A stretch of 64,000 nucleotides of DNA from Trichoplax sp. H2. Taxonomy: Eukaryota. Below are positions 57,801 to 64,000 of this stretch, piece after piece; positions within the stretch are counted from its first letter, which is position 1, and every line of letters starts with the position of its first letter. The stretch covers positions 1 through 64,000 of the forward strand of contig NOWV01000143.1 of assembly GCA_003344405.1 (NCBI GenBank), in the 5' to 3' direction. A program made the translations under genes and the position numbers. Below the pieces are notes generated by a model. That model saw only the letters and a program-made list of their open reading frames with translations, did no database searches and was not told where the DNA came from.

Positions 57801-60111
57801 TTGATATACACCTTCGTTATTAATCTAAGAAATAAAAAATATTTAGATTATCAGTTAAATTTTCAAACCATAACATCTAATCATATCAATATCACGAGCT
57901 AACTCGGTACGTAGAATTACATTCTGTTGTATTTGGTAGAAACTATTTTAAGCTATTTTGCTTACGCTATGGTAATATATCAAAAAGTGAAATTTCTCAT
58001 GTACCTCAGGCGTGATCATGACCTGTTGGACCAGTTCTGGTCGCTCAGCTAAAACAGCTAAGGCGCTCAAGAACCTATCAAAAAATGCGTACAGTACAGT
58101 GGTCAATTACGTCTAGCCATTGGTGTTGGCGTTGGGTAATAATCGTAATATATTACTGTTTACCAGCAATTGCCTAAAACTCCTTGCTTGATATCGGATG
58201 GTAACGGGGTACGAAAAATGGACCATTTAACTTGATGCTTTGCTAAAAAACTTTTGAAAGTTGCTTGCATTGCTGACATATTAGCAGGTCTAAGCCAATT
58301 ATTAACTCTTGCTCCAAGTCTAGATCTTCCATCTCGATATAAAGCTTTGGCATTAGGTAAAAATGAATCGTCGGTAAACTGCCATTTATTCTATAAGCAT
58401 CATAAAAACGAAATGAATCGTGACTTGTGAGTATGCGTACATAATATTACGATCATAATTTTATTGGACAACAAATCACAGAGTATACTTGTCGGTAACT
58501 TAGCCATTATTCACGATCTACCTTGTTGCAAGTATTGATAATATTATTAAATTGCGCCTTTGCAACCGCTTCATCTTTAATACGTTGCTCTTCCATTGAT
58601 ATCCCACCGGTATCTTCATCGACAATTATATCGGTTGTCATGGATCCGGTTGCCGGTTTATCAGCAATGGCGTTTTTACTCACAGCTGTTATACGTTGAT
58701 TGCCACAAATCGTGCATACTTGTGTTGTAGCATTATTGATGAAGGTACATTGTGAACACTGCCATTGATCAACTACATTCAAAGAATACAAGGCAAATTA
58801 AAGGATTACTGATGAATAGGATACTTTTCCATTGAAGCAGCGTTAACAAACCTTCAGTTTTAATGGATGCTTTATCTGCTTCCTTGTGGTTGAAAGCGTG
58901 TCCACATGCCTGGCAATAGTTACCGGTGTTTATTAAAGTACATCTCGGACATTTCCACCCTAGATCTACAATTTGTACTCTATCATCAGCATTATAGTGT
59001 TTATCTCTTGGAGTATCACAACGGATACATCGTTTATCGTAATTCTTATTAGCACATTTACAGTGGATGCAAGTCCACGACGAGTCATGCGATGATTGAA
59101 TTGTTGATTCTTTTTTATCTTTATGAAGGTTATGATTGGTGACTGGATGATTGATACTACTGTTGGCTTTACTGTGGATGCTCTTAGCAGTGGTTGAGTT
59201 AGTTGTACTCCTTGTCTTCATCGCTTGATGACAAACACCACATGTTAAATTGGCCGATAAGTTAATGCTGTTACAGGATGGGCATTTCCACTGGTTTCGT
59301 TCAACTTTTTGTTGTTTCATTTTAGAAATCATCAATTCATCGGCACAAGCATAGTCTATCATTTAAGATAAATGTAGCATGAATGTATTGAATGATAATG
59401 TAGAGAGTAACCTTTTAAGCAACATGGAATTAATTATTAGAGACTGTATCGTTGGGATAAGGCAGGATTAACTTCACTGCAATATCGGCGGATGATGTAC
59501 AACATCAAAGGATTTTACATCAAACAATTAATTATAACGATCAGCAATGAAGATGACTCCTATACTCTTGAACTATTTTAGAAAAATTTCAAGTTTTCGG
59601 TTCACTACAGTTACATAGTTTAATGAAATATTGGCAGAACTACGTTCGATCTACTGGCCAGTAGTAAAATTCCCGAAGCCTAACATTGGCTAAGGATTCA
59701 TTGAATGAAGCTTATCGATCCTGCAATATTTAATTCTTGATTGACGAACGCGTATAGTAAGTCTATGACTACTATCACTAAAATTATAAATAAACGATTC
59801 GTTGTATCTGTCGACCCTTTTAACAAGAGTACCAAGCATAAAAGCACACTACTCTTGGTGCTTCCATCTTGCGATAACAGAGTCAAAGGAGAAACTACGG
59901 TATACTGTATCCTAAAGTAGTCTATCGATGTACCTTCCTGACTGGAATGGAAATGATCCTCACCAGCACTTCTCAGCATCGTACATGCTTGGCAATTCCT
60001 CACGCTGTCTTTATTGAGTGTTCCGCATGTACTACAGAGCCAGTCGTCCTTTTTATTCCTTGCGTAGGGTGCTTGAATACCATCGGCGATATTTTTGAAT
60101 AATTTCTTCAT
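54834..60111 (-). CDS. CAPN15: Calpain-15/SOL: five RanBP2-type zinc fingers, CysPc protease and SOL-homology domain, ~15 exons
   Basis: W-x-C-x2-C fingers x5; catalytic [17 protein letters not shown]; 'IDDFLP', '[12 protein letters not shown]', '[10 protein letters not shown]', 'NLVSTRG..TVDCLPP'. Confidence 0.95.
56320..56695. repeat. Intronic foldback (MITE-like long hairpin) in calpain-15
   Basis: gaatacttcgctggaact 56360-56377 is the exact reverse complement of 56640-56657; pairing continues imperfectly to a small loop near 56509. Confidence 0.88.
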
Positions 60112-60836
60112 CTTGATAAAGTTCAGCGATGTGGCACTGCACTATTTACGACATGATCAGTTGAAATGTTTTGCCATTTTCTTACGCTAGAATTTGTTTA
60201 GTTTCCAATCGATTCGTCATCATGAAGTCATCGCAAATGGATCGATTCGTCTCAGTACGGTTCGGTACGGTACGGTACTGAAAGACCTTGTCATGCCAGT
60301 GATAAAGGGACTGATTCAAGTGGTACACTACCCTACAAAACACACTCATGCTGGGTAGCTTCTGACAAGTGCTACTGTCGCTTTCCCAGTCAGTCTACCA
60401 ACTACGCACTTTACTGAATAGACTTCCGCAGGCAGGTACAAGCGTCTGTCTGGCTGTAGACAGATTGCAACAGCAATCCATCGCCAATCCGACACGATAT
60501 AGTATTTATTAATTAAATTATGATTTATTATTATTCTATGGAAAAAGAATCAAATGACTTTGACTGTATAGGCAATTGGATTCAATTGGGTGCGATTAAC
60601 TTTACACTCATCACGGCAACTTCATTTGAGCCAAATATTCATTTTACTTGATACATAAAGTGATAAATTGAAGTATTGTATTCAATCAAACAAGTACGTA
60701 AGTAAGGTATGTCAAATACGCAGGCTTTGCTATTTGTTGTCATGGCCTATAGGATCGATCCAGACCATTTTAATAAATAGGATTATCATTATCGTCACTA
60801 CTGTGCACAGTGTACAAGTAGTGAGCAGTCTGTACA

Positions 60837-61740
60837 GTAGTAGTGCATTTCCGCACTTTGATCACACACCCCGGTGTAGTCTATACGACGCTTTGATCGC
60901 CATCACAACGCTTTCATGTCAGTGGAAAAGAGGCGATGGACAGTACTGCGCAGTATACCAACCTGTAGTCCCATAGGGATAAATGGAAAAGTCTGATTGA
61001 TCTCCAGGTAGAAGTGCAAACAGACTCAGCTACACTTGTACAGTACTGTATAACATCCTATAAAATAGAATATAGATGTACCAGTACTATGCTGTCTGTA
61101 AAGTAGTAGTGCATTTCCGCACTTTGATCACACATCTCGTTGTAGTCTATACGACGCTTTGATCGCCATCACAACGCTTTCATGTCAGTGGAAAAGAGTC
61201 GATGGACAGCACTGCGCAGTACAGTATACCAACCTGTAGCCCCATAGGGATAAATGGAAAAGTCTGATTGATCTCCAGGAGTATAATAACGTATTTATCC
61301 CCCTACGGATATCCAGTTATCAATGGATGTGATCGTAAAGTAAAGTATACAGTAAGGTAGAAGTGCAAACAGACTCAGCTACACTTGTACAGTACTGTAT
61401 AACATCCTATAAAATAGAATATAGATGTACCAGTACTGTGCTGTCTGTAAAGTAGTAGTGCATTTACGCACTTTGATCACACACCTCGGTGTAGTCTATA
61501 CGACGCTTTGATCGCCATCACAACGCTTTCATGTCAGTGGAAAAGAGTCGATGGACAGCACTGCGCAGTATACCAACCTGTCGCCCATAGGGATAAATGG
61601 AAAAGTCTGATTGATCTCCAGGAGTATAATAACGTATTTATCCCCCTACGGATATCCAGTTATCAATGGATGTCCTCGTAAAGTAAAAGTATGCATTAAG
61701 GTGGAAGTACAGACAGACAGACTCAGCTACACTTGTACTG
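60837..61740. repeat. Three-copy tandem repeat (units ~266-349 bp) between calpain-15 and the securin-like gene
   Basis: gtagtagtgcattt.cgcactttgatcacac at ~60837, 61103, 61452; copy 1 lacks an ~80-bp block. Confidence 0.92.
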
Positions 61741-62100
61741 TACACTATCAGTACACTGTACAGTAATGTACTGTACTGTACAGTACTGTACAGTATAACA
61801 TCCTACAGTATAAAATAATATAGAATATACTGTAGATCATAAAGGTATTGAACCGAACCTTTCTTAGGTCTAATATACAGTAGATGCTATTACAGTAATC
61901 TATGGTACAGTACCGTACGCGATTGCACAGTACAAATGCTGTATACTGTACACTGTACACTGTACTGTACAGTCGTGTGAGTGTACAGTACTATACAGTA
62001 CAGTACACTGTACTGTACAGTACTCCACTATACAACAGTATACTGTACACCCTACCGTACTATACACCGTACTGCGCTGTACTATACAGTACACTGCACT
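61735..62100. repeat. Dense TACAGT/ACTGTA array upstream of the securin-like gene
   Basis: cagtacactgtacagtaatgtactgtactgtacagtactgtacagta etc. Confidence 0.88.
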
Positions 62101-62211
62101 GCACGTCATTGCGGCAATTTTCAAAATCGTCAGTCGGTTGGTTTTTGCAGCATCGTTCTCCATCGACAAAACTGTAAATATCGTCAACACAAGCAAATCG
62201 TTGTCAAAATC

Positions 62212-63241
62212 ATGTCTAGTCAAGCTCAGCGGAAAGAAAATTTACATGCTACTCGGCCTCTTCAAGGTTCGGTTCATGGGTTGATGAGTTTAATTTGGAT
62301 TGAAATTAGCCTGTACAATGCAAGTAGCTGTATTGCTGTGTACTGATGTCTTTTTCAATGACTTGTTTATTGATCGATGGATAGGAAAGCAACTTCTATC
62401 CAATCAGTCATCAACGAAACGTAGGGCCCTAGGAGATATTGGAAATGATACAAAACTAAGAAAACAGGCTTTACCTAAAAAGCATAATGTACCTCTTGGC
62501 AATGTCATGAAAAAAGAAGTCAACGTTGTTCGTGATACTACAATCGACTATGACTGTGAAATCGAGAAACCATCATTTCCGTTAACTGGTTCGTATACTG
62601 TAGTATGTACTGTATAGTACAACTAAAAGTTGCATTAATAAGACTCGGTGTAGTTTGCCTTGAAGTGCAATGTTAATAACGTGTATTATTAAATTGTGTT
62701 ACACATTGAATGTCTGCATGTACTGGAATACATTGAATTCATGGAATGGACTACAGTAATCGATGAAGAGGAAAATTTTGCCCCTCCAACTTTCTTTCCC
62801 AACGTTAAAACTCGTGTAACATTAGACTTTGTCAGGACTTCACCGTGCAACTCAAGCAATACGCTTGCATTGGCTGATTCTAATTGGGAACCTAATTTAT
62901 TGGAACTTATCGGTATGCTTGCTATTTTTAAGCTGTAAAACATTCAATTATTTCTTTATTTTTACGCTTGAATCTGTCCAATAATTTCACTTAATGCACT
63001 TCCTAAGAAATCAACTATAGTCACCTAATAGATGATATGTTGTTGAATAGTCTTACTAATTACGTGTTGAATATCGTGGATGAAAATATATTTGAATACT
63101 GTACTCTAAAATGTTAAAATGACTTCAGGTTCGACAAGTGCCCAAGATAGCATGACGTTGTGTCCTGTCAATGAAGATGATGATCTGGACGGTGATGACT
63201 ACAGTCAGCTAAGATTATCGGATATTGACTTTGAAATGTAA
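62212..63241 (+). CDS. Securin-like APC/C substrate, ~175 aa; exons 62212-62266, 62385-62588, 62757-62912, 63129-63241
   Basis: N-terminal KEN box, D-box RRALGDIGN, 'DYDCEIEKPSFP', basic N-half and acidic C-half; all introns phase 1 GT-AG. Confidence 0.68.
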
Positions 63242-64000
63242 TCTGTGTACAGTACATACCCTCATTTCCAATATTATATCAGTTAGTGTACTATAAATCA
63301 TAAGACTGATAGTGATATCACTTTACTCTCTACTTTTACATAGTCTACTAAGTAATGTGGCTTAATGTCAATTTATTAACTGCTTGATGAACTACAAGTA
63401 AACGTTTTTCAATATTGCAATTTGTAGTTTACTCACTACTACTTTAAATCGGACAAAGCAGTGTTTAGAAATAACTAGTTTTCTTACCGAAAACCCTGTA
63501 CAAAATCGATATGACTACAGAAAACATTTATTTATTATTGTACAGCTATATGTGTGATTTAAACTATTACCAGAGGATATATACTGTATTTGTTGCAGAA
63601 ACAACATCAAAGTGGTCATCAATGATTCATTTTGTTCTAGTTAATCCATGCTTCTACTTGTGTGTCCCATCAAACGTAATACTTTGGTTGAGAAATCATT
63701 GGATGATTGATCAATCCGACATAGCTATGCCTAATATATATCTATCTTTATCTACTATACTTAAATATTGTCTGTTTGAAGGAACAATTGCCTTCTTTTT
63801 CCAATGTGCATTACAATGACACTTTAACCGATAAACCATTTGCAAAGCTTGAACTTTTGATAAATGTAAATTCAACTTTAAAATGAATTGATGATTTATT
63901 GCACTCGATTGCAAATAACTGTTCCAATTTTGTCTACATGATTTAAAGCGTGTATTTATTATGTATAAATAAGGCGGTAGTGAACTGCCCGGTACATTTT

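Noticed and set aside
60837-61740. Repeats as CRISPR, tRNA or snRNA array
   Set aside because: Eukaryotic context, long units without unique spacers, no cloverleaf or known snRNA motif recognised

Overview
AT-rich, compact-intron animal genomic DNA, most consistent with a placozoan (Trichoplax-like). That assignment is an inference from composition, intron size and protein similarity. Gene models were read by eye and family calls rest on remembered motifs, not database searches. Content in order: tail of an intronless class A GPCR and a full paralog behind a ~1.35-kb foldback; CEP126-like (+) convergent with CEP162-like (-); GPN2 (+); actin A (-); a GPN2 3' pseudogene fragment; an Rpr2-family gene of the RNase MRP RMP24/Snm1 type (-); PGAP2-like A (+); actin B (-); PGAP2-like B (+); calpain-15/SOL (-); and a small securin-like gene (+). 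Most notable: (1) three U12 minor introns plus a fossil fourth; (2) a tandem segmental duplication with gene loss that appears to have produced the actin pair, whose N-termini mirror vertebrate beta/gamma actin; (3) a CArG cluster upstream of actin B; (4) self-complementary TACAGT/ACTGTA arrays concentrated in divergent promoter regions; (5) triplicated promoter blocks and long foldbacks. A 20-N gap at 10250-10269 has duplicated flanks and is probably an assembly artefact.
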